From NCBI GenBank assembly GCA_947175015.1, contig CAMWLE010000001.1, positions 13,755-77,754 on the forward strand: a stretch of DNA of 64,000 nucleotides, written 5' to 3'. The stretch is from an uncultured bacterium. GTDB lineage: Bacteria; Bacillota; Clostridia; Lachnospirales; Lachnospiraceae. A program made the translations under genes and the position numbers. This document shows, piece after piece, positions 30,309 to 40,204 of the stretch; positions within the stretch are counted from its first letter, which is position 1, and every line of letters starts with the position of its first letter. The notes under the pieces were generated by a model that ran no database searches, was not told the origin of the DNA, and was given only the letters and a program-made list of their open reading frames with translations.

Positions 30309-31271
30309 TCAGTGAGAAGCTCTGGACGGGCCGTTTATGACCACACCGGCAGCACCATAGATACCCGCATCATTTCCCAATTCCGCCAGAACAAACCTTG
30401 CCCCCCTGCACTGATGAAACGCATATTTTTGATATGCCGGTTCCACAAAGGATAACAGAATCTCTCCCGCTTTGGATACACCACCGCCGATGACAAAGAC
30501 TTCCGGGTTCACCACTGCCGCCACCGCTGCCAACCCTTTCCCCAGGTAATCGCCAAATTGCTCCGCAACTTCAATGGCCACTTCGTCTCCGACTTTGACA
30601 GCATCAAACACACTTTTTGCCGAAATGGCATCCTTTCCCCGCAGAATACTTGGCTTCTCGTCCTGTGCCAGCCGCCGCCTGGCCAGCCGCGCAATGCCTG
30701 TGGCAGAAGCATATTGCTCCAGGCACCCCTTGTTACCGCAGCCACAGCTCTCCGTTTCCTCATCCACCAGGTGAATATGGCCGATTTCACCGCCTGCACC
30801 TGTTGCGCCGGTGAGAATATTCCCATTTACCACAATGCCACCGCCTACACCGGTGCCAAGCGTCACCGCCACCATATTGCTGCTGCCCTTGCCGCCGCCC
30901 TGCCACATCTCACCGTAAGCCGCAGCATTGGCATCATTGACAGCTTTTACCGGTACATTAATATATGCCCCGATTGCCTCCGGTATGTTAAAAGGTTTCC
31001 AACCAATGTTGACGGCGCCTCCCACCAAAGTACCTTCGTCATCCACCGCACCCGGTGCGCCCACACCGATTCCTGCCACATTCTGCTCCGCAATTCCTTT
31101 TTCCTTCATTTTTGCCTTGATGCTGCCAACCACATCAGGCAGAATAGCGGCACCCTCGTTTTCCTTCACTGTGGGTATCTCCCACTGTTCCAGCAAACCA
31201 CCTTCCTCGCTGAACAGTCCCAGCTTCACAGTGGTTCCTCCTATGTCAACACCAAACACATACCTGCCCAT
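30309..31271 (-). CDS. glcK: ROK family glucokinase
   Basis: GVDIGGT, NDANAAAYGE, TLGTGVGGG, EIGH, CGCGNKGCLE. Confidence 0.92.
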   Translation of the reverse strand: MGRYVFGVDIGGTTVKLGLFSEEGGLLEQWEIPTVKENEGAAILPDVVGSIKAKMKEKGIAEQNVAGIGVGAPGAVDDEGTLVGGAVNIGWKPFNIPEAIGAYINVPVKAVNDANAAAYGEMWQGGGKGSSNMVAVTLGTGVGGGIVVNGNILTGATGAGGEIGHIHLVDEETESCGCGNKGCLEQYASATGIARLARRRLAQDEKPSILRGKDAISAKSVFDAVKVGDEVAIEVAEQFGDYLGKGLAAVAAVVNPEVFVIGGGVSKAGEILLSFVEPAYQKYAFHQCRGARFVLAELGNDAGIYGAAGVVINGPSRASH

Positions 31272-31414
31272 ACTACATCCTGCCCTTCCTTCCTGCTCTT
31301 CCAAAACAACTTCATTTTATCATTTCATTCTTATATATTATTCCTATTTCATTTCTTCTCTGAACTCTTCTCTCAACTCTTCTCTTATATCTTCCCGTTT
31401 TACCACCTTCCTGT

Positions 31415-32371
31415 TTACTCTTCATCATCCCTTTTCCTTGCCAAAGAATTCTGTACTCGGTTGTATAATTCCTGCGCCGCATTGTAACCCATTTTCTTCT
31501 GACGATGATTGACTGCCGCAGACTCACAGATAATGGACAGATTCCGCCCCGGCCGGATGGGAATATTATGGCAGACAATCTTATTCCCCAGATATTCCGT
31601 ATAATTTTCCTCCAGTCCCAGCCTGTCGTACTCCTTATCCTTATCCCAATCCTCTAAATTAATGACTAAGTCTATGTTCTGGGTATCTTTGACAGCGGAG
31701 GCGCCAAACATTGCCTTCACATCCACAATGCCGATGCCGCGCAGTTCGATCAGATTCTTGGTCACATCAGGCGCAGAACCGATCAGGGTATCATCGCTGA
31801 CCTTCCTGAGCTCCACCACATCATCCGTAACCAGACGATGTCCTCGTTTTACCAGTTCCAATGCCGCCTCGGACTTACCGATACCGCTCTCTCCGGTGAT
31901 CAAAACACCCTCCCCGAATACATCCACCAATACGCCGTGTACGGAAATGCAAGGTGCAAGCTTCACGTTCAGCCACCGAATGGATTCCGCCATAAATGCG
32001 GATGTGGTCTTCTTAGAAGAAAGCAACGGAATCCTGTGTTTGATCGCCAGTTCCTGAAAAACAGGGTCCGGCTTCAATTCACGGCAGAACACCACTGCCG
32101 GCACATCATAACCCATGAATTCCTCATACACTTCTCTCTTTCTTTCATCGGGCAGACCTTCCATATAAGTATACTCCACAAAACCGATAATCTGCAGGCG
32201 GGTAGCATCAAAATGCTCAAAATATCCTGCCATCTGCAGCGCCGGGCGGTTGATATCCGGCTGGGTAATGCGAATCCCCTTCACCTCGATCTCCGGCGTG
32301 AGGTTTTCCAGTTTCATCTTCTCAATCAGACGGGTTAATGTCACACTATCCATACTTTTTATTTTCCTCAT
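31415..32371 (-). CDS. hprK: HPr kinase/phosphorylase
   Basis: HGVLVDVFGEGVLITGESGIGKSE, LVTDDVV, IELRGIGI, PGRNL; start could be ATG 32353. Confidence 0.96.
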   Translation of the reverse strand: MRKIKSMDSVTLTRLIEKMKLENLTPEIEVKGIRITQPDINRPALQMAGYFEHFDATRLQIIGFVEYTYMEGLPDERKREVYEEFMGYDVPAVVFCRELKPDPVFQELAIKHRIPLLSSKKTTSAFMAESIRWLNVKLAPCISVHGVLVDVFGEGVLITGESGIGKSEAALELVKRGHRLVTDDVVELRKVSDDTLIGSAPDVTKNLIELRGIGIVDVKAMFGASAVKDTQNIDLVINLEDWDKDKEYDRLGLEENYTEYLGNKIVCHNIPIRPGRNLSIICESAAVNHRQKKMGYNAAQELYNRVQNSLARKRDDEE

Positions 32372-32459
32372 TTCTATGCGGCATATTCCGGTATCTTCTG
32401 TGCTGCCGCATCAGCACAAAAATCTTTATCATTATTTTAACACACTGTGGATTTATTGT

Positions 32460-34334
32460 CTAAGGCTGTTGCGTTTTTTTTCGGAAGAAATTGTAAATTT
32501 CCTCCGCTGCACGTCTGTTAATTTCCGGGACTTCCGCCAATTGCTCCACAGAAGCCGCTTTGATTTCCTCAATGGACTTAAAGTGACGCATCAGGGCTTT
32601 CCTTCTGGCCGGCCCCACACCGGGAATATCATCCAGCACCGACTTAACCTGCCCCTTGCTTCTCAGGGAGCGATGATATTCTATGGCAAAACGGTGTGCT
32701 TCATCCTGCACTCTGGTGATTAATTTAAAGCCCTCGGAATGGGTATCAATGGGCAACTCCACATTGTTAAAATATAAGCCCCTGGTTCGGTGACTATCAT
32801 CCTTTACCATACCGCAGACCGGAATCGCAATCTTCAATTCCGCCAATACGGACAGCGCAATATTGACCTGTCCCCTGCCGCCGTCCATCATCAGCAGATC
32901 CGGAAACTTAGTAAAACTTCCAAATGCCTGATCCAACTCCTTCTCTTCTAACTGTTTACTTTCCTCCATCCCATGCACAAAACGTCTGGTCAGCACCTCC
33001 CTCATACAAGCATAATCATCCGGTCCAGAGACCGTTCTGATGCGAAATTTACGGTAGTCGCTGGGCTTCGGCTTACCCTTTTCAAACACTACCATAGAAC
33101 CTACATTTTCAAACCCGTTGATGTTGGATATATCAAAAGCCTCCATGCGCTCAACATGCTCCAAACCCAAAAGTGCGGCAATTTCCCTGACAGCGCCGAT
33201 GGTACGGCCTTCTTCCCGTTTCAGCCTCTCCCTGTCCTGTTCCAGAATATGTTTTGCATTCTGGGCCGCCAGTTCCACCAGCTTTTCTTTGGAACCGATT
33301 TTGGGCACTCGCACATAAACTCTGCTTCCTTTCCGCCCGGTAAGCCATTTTTCGATTAACGCCTGATCCCCAATCTCATATTGCAACATCAATTCTCTGG
33401 GAATAAAAGGGGTCCCCGCATAAAATTGCTTCACAAAATTCTCCAGAATTTCAGGCTTACTGTCCGATGATACATTTGTCATATAATAATGTTCTCTGCC
33501 GATCATCTTGCCGTCACGCACAAAAAACACCTGAACCACAGCCTCCCGCTCGTCCTGATACAATGCAATAATATCCTTGTCTTCTCCCACGCTGTCCGTA
33601 ATCTTCTGCTTCTGCGACACCTGTTTCACGCTTTGATACAAATCCCGATAGCCGGCGGCCGCCTCGAAGTCCAATGCTTCCGCGGCTGTTTTCATTTTAT
33701 TCTCCAGATCACCTAAAATCATATCATATTTGCCGTTCAAAAATTCCAACGCCTGCGCCACCTGCTCACGATATTGCTCCTTGCTGACGTACCCCTGGCA
33801 GGGCGCCAGACATTGCTTGATATGGTAATTCAGGCAAGGTCTCTCCATCCCTATATCTCTTGGCAGACTGCGGTTGCAGGTTCTCAGGGTATAAAGCTTG
33901 TTCAGCAGCTCAATGGTATCCTTTACTGCTGCGGCACTGGTATAAGGCCCGAAGTATTTCGACTTGTCCTTCTTCATGGTTCGGGAGAACAGGATGCGCG
34001 GATATTCTTCTCCCACTGTCACCTTAATATATGGATACGTCTTGTCATCCTTCAGCAATGTATTATATTTGGGAGAGTTTTCCTTGATCAGATTATTCTC
34101 CAGCACCAGAGCTTCCAATTCCGAATCCGTGACAATATATTCAAAGCGGGCGATCAGAGACACCATTTTATCAATCATGGGGCCTCGCCCAATATTTTCC
34201 CGAAAATAGGAACGCACTCTATTGTGAAGATTGACCGCCTTGCCCACATACAAAATAACATTTTTGTCATCTCTCATGATATAGACGCCCGGTTCCCTGG
34301 GAAGTTTTTTCAGTTCTTCTTCAAAGTTGAACAT
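32460..34334 (-). CDS. uvrC: Excinuclease ABC subunit C
   Basis: [40 protein letters not shown]-terminal HhH. Confidence 0.97.
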   Translation of the reverse strand: MFNFEEELKKLPREPGVYIMRDDKNVILYVGKAVNLHNRVRSYFRENIGRGPMIDKMVSLIARFEYIVTDSELEALVLENNLIKENSPKYNTLLKDDKTYPYIKVTVGEEYPRILFSRTMKKDKSKYFGPYTSAAAVKDTIELLNKLYTLRTCNRSLPRDIGMERPCLNYHIKQCLAPCQGYVSKEQYREQVAQALEFLNGKYDMILGDLENKMKTAAEALDFEAAAGYRDLYQSVKQVSQKQKITDSVGEDKDIIALYQDEREAVVQVFFVRDGKMIGREHYYMTNVSSDSKPEILENFVKQFYAGTPFIPRELMLQYEIGDQALIEKWLTGRKGSRVYVRVPKIGSKEKLVELAAQNAKHILEQDRERLKREEGRTIGAVREIAALLGLEHVERMEAFDISNINGFENVGSMVVFEKGKPKPSDYRKFRIRTVSGPDDYACMREVLTRRFVHGMEESKQLEEKELDQAFGSFTKFPDLLMMDGGRGQVNIALSVLAELKIAIPVCGMVKDDSHRTRGLYFNNVELPIDTHSEGFKLITRVQDEAHRFAIEYHRSLRSKGQVKSVLDDIPGVGPARRKALMRHFKSIEEIKAASVEQLAEVPEINRRAAEEIYNFFRKKTQQP

Positions 34335-34418
34335 ACTTTTCGCCCCTTATTTCAAATGTCCCTTTCTTTGTTCTAAATATTCTTTTCATTATTCCAAATC
34401 ATGATTGCCCCTTTTGCC

Positions 34419-35642
34419 TTATGCGCCTGTCAAAAATTTGTCAATTCCGTTAGCAATCCCTTCCGCAATTTTATTCTGGTAGTCCTCCGTGGCCATAAGT
34501 GCATCCTCTTCCGGATTGCTCATATACCCCATTTCGACAATTGTAACCGGCACCTGGCACCAGTTGATTCCGCTCATGGTATCTGTCTCCCACACATACT
34601 GCTTCGTACATCCCGCAGCAGCCACCAGCTCATCCAGCACATATCCGGACAAATCCCTGCTCTGCTGATAAAGATCCCCATTATAGGGATTGGATGCGGT
34701 CTGGCAGATGGTCATTGCCCCATGTACAGAAGAATTCTCTGAACCGTTGGCATGAATCCTGATAAAAGCATCTGCCTCCGCCTCATTGGCCACCTGGGCA
34801 CGCTCACTGTTACTCATATCCACATCATGGGTAGTACGGACCATGATTACCTCATATCCTCTGGAAAGCAGTTCTTCTTCCAGTTTCTCAGCGACCATAA
34901 GGGTCAGCTCGTACTCGTTTAATCCGCTTACCACCCCCGCCGTCCCACTGGCAACCTTGGCCTTCATCTCAGACGCTCCCGGTCCTACGGGTTCCTTCTC
35001 ACTATTGCCCTTCTGCTGGTGTCCTGCATCAATTACCACCACATAACCATCCTGTACTTCGTCGCCTGCCGGATGCTCTGCGGGTGCGGAAGCATCCGTA
35101 TCAGTCCCCGGTGTTACAGTTGAAGGGACTGTCGTAGAGGTACTGCTTCCCACTCCCCCTGTTTGAGAGGTTGTGGGTATCCCTTCCGAGGACGCAGCAG
35201 GTACATCCCCTGAGACACCTTCTGAGGGCGCTGTGGCCATCCCCCCTGAGGCACCTTCTGTAGGCGCTGGAGGAATATCTCCTGAGACACCTTCTGTAGG
35301 TGATGGGGACATATCTCCTGAGACACCCCCTGGTAATGCTGTGGAGGATGTTGCATCCGGAACAATTGTAGTAATAGCGCCTGACACTCCTGCGGTTCCA
35401 TCTTCCAGCTCTGACAAATGTTGTGACACAACAACAGAAGGCTGCTCTCTTTCTTGTCCACAACTCCCCAGCAACAGAATCACCACCAGCAACCATCCCT
35501 TTCCCAATTTCTTTCCTATTACTGTTTTTCTTTTCTCTATTTTTTCTTTCTCCATTTTTGTTTTCTCTGCTCTTCTCTTCGCTGCTTTTTTCTCTATTTC
35601 TTTCTTCTCTATTCTTTTCTTATCTATTCTTTTCTTCTCCAT
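34419..35642 (-). CDS. N-acetylmuramoyl-L-alanine amidase (Amidase_3), probable lipoprotein with repeat linker
   Basis: [28 protein letters not shown]; lipobox LLGSC. Confidence 0.88.
   Translation of the reverse strand: MEKKRIDKKRIEKKEIEKKAAKRRAEKTKMEKEKIEKRKTVIGKKLGKGWLLVVILLLGSCGQEREQPSVVVSQHLSELEDGTAGVSGAITTIVPDATSSTALPGGVSGDMSPSPTEGVSGDIPPAPTEGASGGMATAPSEGVSGDVPAASSEGIPTTSQTGGVGSSTSTTVPSTVTPGTDTDASAPAEHPAGDEVQDGYVVVIDAGHQQKGNSEKEPVGPGASEMKAKVASGTAGVVSGLNEYELTLMVAEKLEEELLSRGYEVIMVRTTHDVDMSNSERAQVANEAEADAFIRIHANGSENSSVHGAMTICQTASNPYNGDLYQQSRDLSGYVLDELVAAAGCTKQYVWETDTMSGINWCQVPVTIVEMGYMSNPEEDALMATEDYQNKIAEGIANGIDKFLTGA
35180..35335. repeat. 36-nt tandem repeat (about 4 units) in the amidase linker
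   Basis: [12 protein letters not shown] / [12 protein letters not shown] / [12 protein letters not shown] / [12 protein letters not shown]. Confidence 0.85.
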
Positions 35643-35771
35643 CCTTCTATTTGTCTCTTCTTAGCTCTTCGCTATTTCCATCCTGTCTCTTTCCTGCTCT
35701 GTTTCCTGTTTTATCTTCTAATCTGTTTCTCTCCCAATCCGCTTCCTCATTCGTTACCATTCTCTACCTTC

Positions 35772-36317
35772 TTACCCAAGATACTCTTCATACTCTTTTT
35801 TCATCTTGTCATCCATGCACCCCTCTGCGTACTGCAACGCAATATGATAAGATATGGAATGCGCATTGGAATTTAATATATTCTTTCCATACATCGCTCT
35901 TGGAAGGTTATGAAGAACTACCAGAATACGGTAAACCATTTCTTTATCATTGAATTCCTCTAAATATTTTCGCGCATCCTGTAACAGTTGTTCCATGAAC
36001 CCACGCAGTTTAGCTTCTTCCTCTCTATCTCTTTCAAATACACAGTTACAATGTAACAATTCTTCTTTTTTATCCAATACCCGTTCGTAATGAGGAAACT
36101 TATATTTTCTGCACAAATTCGCGAGTTCCATAAACAGTGCTTCATGACATGGCATTCCGTTTTGTTCCTTCGCTATATCCTCTAATATTTTCTGCCAGAA
36201 CCATATTTCATCCCTGAGCCGTTTCCTTTCGCCTATCCGCCACCGCTTTCCTCTGTTGCTCCCTTTTTCATATAATACACCCATGCCCAATATTTGATAA
36301 TACAAACCGATATCCAT
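35772..36317 (-). CDS. Hypothetical helical protein (start uncertain)
   Basis: 181-aa ORF co-oriented with its neighbours; no motif recognised. Confidence 0.5.
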   Translation of the reverse strand: MDIGLYYQILGMGVLYEKGSNRGKRWRIGERKRLRDEIWFWQKILEDIAKEQNGMPCHEALFMELANLCRKYKFPHYERVLDKKEELLHCNCVFERDREEEAKLRGFMEQLLQDARKYLEEFNDKEMVYRILVVLHNLPRAMYGKNILNSNAHSISYHIALQYAEGCMDDKMKKEYEEYLG

Positions 36318-36469
36318 GATTTATCCTCTGCATATTACTTTAATGGCAAACAACTTTAAAATCTTTACTTTGGCATTGTTCCAATTACAGCTTCTGAACA
36401 AAACGAAAGCAGTTGTGACCTTTTCTATAAAAGACACATAAAGCAATTATGCGCAGTCTAACGATAATA

Positions 36470-36647
36470 ACTCTATTGTAGTAATTCAGCCATAGCATTT
36501 GCGCCATAGTATTTCTGTTGCAGCAATTCAGCCATAGTATTCCCGTTACAGTACTGCCGTTGTAGTAAATCAGCTACAGCAGTGCCATAACAATCCACAA
36601 TTCCATCATAGTAATTCCATTACAGTACTTTCATTACAATAATTTCA
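36470..36647. repeat. Degenerate ~14-nt tandem repeat (intergenic minisatellite)
   Basis: Units such as CCATCATAGTAATT, CCATTACAGTACTT, TCATTACAATAATT; AATTCAGCCATAG occurs twice. Confidence 0.6.
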
Positions 36648-37664
36648 TTACAATAATCCCATTGTTCTCAAAATGAAAACAGCAAGGAAGGTGGTGACAA
36701 TAGATGCAATGGATGTCCAGACTACCAGCTGCCCCGCCAAAATGCCGTCATTCTCCATCTCCTGCGCCATGATAGCACTGGACACGGCAACGGGAGAACC
36801 GAACAGAGCAATCAGCGCCGGATAAACAGTGGCATCAAAACCGATGAAAGTAGTGTATTTGGATAGAATTATGGCAAGCCCGATGACAATCAGGGGAACC
36901 GCCACAACACGGGAAACAGTTCCAATGACAATTTCCTTCCACATTCCCTTTACTGCGGCAAAGTCAAACAATCCTCCCAGGATCACCAACGCCAGAGGTG
37001 AGCTGATTTTAGACAGATTGTTCACTGCGTCATAGAAGAATTTCAAACTTCCGGACAATGAAAACACAAGGGTTCCATCTGCATTTACAGGGATAAAAGA
37101 ACGGATGCCCAACACCACCAAACCGCATATCACACCGATGATCAAAGGATTTTTGGCTATTTTCAACAATACATCCTTTAGATTTGCCTTATGGCCGTCC
37201 TCGCTGTCCACAAACATAGTCAGGGCAATCACAGCAAGGATATTAAAGGTGGGAATGGAGAAAGCACTTAAGACGGCAGCAATTCCTTTTCCTTCCGCAC
37301 CCCCCAGGGACTCTGCAAGGGGCAGCCCAATGATGGCAAAATTCGAGCGGAACACACATTGCAGGATAACACCTTTTTGTCTGTTGTCAGGAACGGTCAG
37401 CTTTACCATGACAAGTCCAATGAAAAATGCGGCAAAGATGGCAATTTCGGAATAGACCACCACAGACCAGTTGATGTCGGTGAATGATTCAATGCTATAC
37501 ACATTGACAAAGAGCATGCAGGGCAGGCAGACACGAAAAATCAGCTTGTTGCCCTTTTTAAACCAGACCTCGTCCAGGAAATTTTTCTTCTTCAGCAGGT
37601 AGCCCAGCAAAATCAGTAATATAATGGGCAGTATGGCATTTAACGCAAATAATAATGTATCCAT
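36648..37664 (-). CDS. AEC (auxin efflux carrier) family transporter
   Basis: NAILPI, FRSNFAIIGLP, KNPLIIG, PLALVILG, SPVAVSS..MA. Confidence 0.9.
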   Translation of the reverse strand: MDTLLFALNAILPIILLILLGYLLKKKNFLDEVWFKKGNKLIFRVCLPCMLFVNVYSIESFTDINWSVVVYSEIAIFAAFFIGLVMVKLTVPDNRQKGVILQCVFRSNFAIIGLPLAESLGGAEGKGIAAVLSAFSIPTFNILAVIALTMFVDSEDGHKANLKDVLLKIAKNPLIIGVICGLVVLGIRSFIPVNADGTLVFSLSGSLKFFYDAVNNLSKISSPLALVILGGLFDFAAVKGMWKEIVIGTVSRVVAVPLIVIGLAIILSKYTTFIGFDATVYPALIALFGSPVAVSSAIMAQEMENDGILAGQLVVWTSIASIVTTFLAVFILRTMGLL

Positions 37665-37698
37665 TTTTCCTCTCATTCCGCCGCCTCCGGCGGCATTT

Positions 37699-37917
37699 TC
37701 ATCGCCTTTTTCTCAGAAGCAAAGCTGTCACCTTCTTACTCCGTCCACTTCTCTTACTTCCGTCACATTTGTCAAAGTAAATTTCCGGCTGAATAATATG
37801 CTCCCGTTTCCCCATAGATGCACCATTACATCTCACCTCAAAGGGAGCGGCAGCATAGCAGTCATGATTTTTCAGCTCCACCGATACGGATGTGGGCGTA
37901 ATCAGCAAAATGTTCAT
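37699..37917 (-). pseudogene. Probable gene remnant, possibly an internally deleted GH28-like pectinase
   Basis: GGAAAGGAAG RBS then MNILLITPTSVSVEL..YAAAPFEVRCNG, which quickly loses coherence; family assignment is from recall only. Confidence 0.3.
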
Positions 37918-38031
37918 CGTGATACACTTCCTTTCCAACAGGACTGTCTTAAACAGAGATTGCTGACTTCTTATATTATATTTAATCCGGGGTGTAAGAA
38001 CAAGCCTTTGTTTTGAAAACATTTTCCTGAC

Positions 38032-39879
38032 CTACATCTTCTCTATTATTTTACAAATCATGGAAGCGCGGTTAAAAGGTACCATAAAATAATAGCCATC
38101 TGCTATATCCCGTAGTTTTGCAACCGTTTCCAATGCGATTGTGATTCCCACCTGCTCACTTTCTTCACGGCTCATATGCTCATCATAACGTGCGATAATT
38201 TCATCAGGAACCTGAATCCCGGAAAGCTCGTTTTTGACAAACATGGCATTTCGGTAATTTACAAGGGGCATAATACCACAGAGTACTTTGGTATCCACTT
38301 TGGTCTTAACATATTGAATGCGTGCAATATCGTCATTGGAGTAAATCGGTTGTGTTAAAAAGTAATCTGCGCCTGCAGCACATTTCTTACACATGCGCTC
38401 TATTTCAACATCCAGGTTAGGACGATTGTGGTTCAATGCGCCGCCATAAACAATGGGATCATCGGCAAAATATTCCATATTTAACTGTTTAAAATAATTC
38501 ATCAGTCGAAACGAATTGAAATCATATACACTGCTTGTACTGCTTTTTTCTCCTGCCGGAACCGGATCACCGGTTATAATCAGCATATTACGGATTCCGT
38601 TCATATGCGCGCCAAAAAACAGCCCTCCCATGGCGATCGCATTCCTGTCACGGCAGCAGATATGGGGCATAACTGCAATATCTGTCTGTTGGCTGACAAG
38701 TATACTGCTTGCTATGGAATCTGCCCGCATTTTCCCCATGGGAGAATCAGAAAAAGTTATCATATCCACACCGGCTTCTTTCAGAAGGGCAGATGCTTGC
38801 AGGATTTTGTCCCCATTGCCGTTTTGCGGCGGGTCAAGTTCTACGGCAATTACTTTTTGACCTGTATGTAATTTATTTAAGAAATCGTTTCTGGTCTTAT
38901 CAATTCCTTTATCCACAATGGCCGGGGCGAAACGATGCCTCATTTTCATAACAGCATCGTCTGTACCGAAATGCAGCTGCAACTGTTTTCGCAGTTCATG
39001 AATATAATGTGGTGTTGTGCCGCAACAGCCGCCAAGAATGTTGACACCCATGGAGGCGATATCCACCATATTTTCACAGAAATATCCCACATTGTCCTGG
39101 TAGACATTTCTACCTTGCTTATAATCCGGATAACCGGCATTGGGCGCTATGGATATCGGCATATCACCGAAATCACATTTTTGAATCATGCGTTTCATAT
39201 GGGTAGTACCAACACCACAGTTAAAGCCGATTACATCAATGATTCCGCTGTCCGCAGCAGTTTTTACTAAATTGGAAGCACTGATGCCGGCTTTTGTGCA
39301 GCCGAATTTGTTCAGGCAGAAGCTCACCATGATGACCGGCGATACTGGAAGATGTTTTTCCATCACCTGCTTTTTGATATAATGAATGGTTGGCAATATG
39401 TACTCAAAATCCCCAAAGGTTTCAAATAGAATGATCTCTGCACCGGCATCCAGCAGCGCATCTGACCTGGTTTCAAATTGGGTCAGAATTTCATCATCAG
39501 AAATTGCACCATTGGTTGGAATGGGTCCCATATCGCCGGCAATCCATACCTTATTGTCTGCATGAATGGCAGCTTTTTGTGCAATTTTACAGGATTGAAA
39601 CACATTGTCATAAATGGTTTGCAGCACAGCCTGTCTGTTCTCCGCCCGGTGCAGCGGCAATCCTGTCAACCCTTCCGCATGACTGGCAAAACTGTTTGTG
39701 CGCAACAGCCTTGCACCGGCATCAATATATTCCCTGTGAATGCGTTCAATTTGTTCCGGATGCGTTATGTTGGCATATTCTGATATGTTTTCTTCTGCGG
39801 GATATATCTGCGAATAATAGGTTCCCATGGCGCCATCCATCAGCAAAAAGTGACTTCTTATCATTTCCAGAAAATTCAT
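38032..39879 (-). CDS. yitJ: Bifunctional homocysteine S-methyltransferase / methylenetetrahydrofolate reductase
   Basis: DGAMGT, GFNC, PNAGYP, GGCCGTTP; second domain VELDPP, CCRDRN, ITGDP, FLTQP. Confidence 0.92.
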   Translation of the reverse strand: MNFLEMIRSHFLLMDGAMGTYYSQIYPAEENISEYANITHPEQIERIHREYIDAGARLLRTNSFASHAEGLTGLPLHRAENRQAVLQTIYDNVFQSCKIAQKAAIHADNKVWIAGDMGPIPTNGAISDDEILTQFETRSDALLDAGAEIILFETFGDFEYILPTIHYIKKQVMEKHLPVSPVIMVSFCLNKFGCTKAGISASNLVKTAADSGIIDVIGFNCGVGTTHMKRMIQKCDFGDMPISIAPNAGYPDYKQGRNVYQDNVGYFCENMVDIASMGVNILGGCCGTTPHYIHELRKQLQLHFGTDDAVMKMRHRFAPAIVDKGIDKTRNDFLNKLHTGQKVIAVELDPPQNGNGDKILQASALLKEAGVDMITFSDSPMGKMRADSIASSILVSQQTDIAVMPHICCRDRNAIAMGGLFFGAHMNGIRNMLIITGDPVPAGEKSSTSSVYDFNSFRLMNYFKQLNMEYFADDPIVYGGALNHNRPNLDVEIERMCKKCAAGADYFLTQPIYSNDDIARIQYVKTKVDTKVLCGIMPLVNYRNAMFVKNELSGIQVPDEIIARYDEHMSREESEQVGITIALETVAKLRDIADGYYFMVPFNRASMICKIIEKM

Positions 39880-40204
39880 AGTTTTCCTCCAATTACCTTT
39901 CATAAGCTTCTAAATCCTCTATTTCCCAACAGTACAGTCCTATTTATCTTCACAACTGTAAGTAGTTTTCTTGCTCACACACTCTTCTGTTATTTTCCTC
40001 TATTATCCTCGCCAGAACGCTGTCACAGCATTGCCTCACATGGCTAGGTACAATTCATTTTCTTCTCTAAGTATACTTCCTTACCTGTCAAATGTAAACC
40101 ATTTTCCATTACCATTAGTAATAACTAATCATTGCGTTATTGTCACTCATCCGATATACTAAATGTAATACAGCAGGCAGCACTGGCGGAAAGGAGTTTC
40201 ATAT

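Noticed and set aside
30558-31512. 309-aa and 194-aa plus-strand ORFs
   Set aside because: Antisense to glcK and hprK; codon-bias shadows.
36470-36647. Possible CRISPR array
   Set aside because: Units are short, degenerate and contiguous, with no spacers and no cas genes.
39880-40200. Expected SAM riboswitch or T-box upstream of yitJ
   Set aside because: No S-box core (ATC..GAG...GAT) or T-box (GGTGGNACC) consensus is visible on the minus strand.
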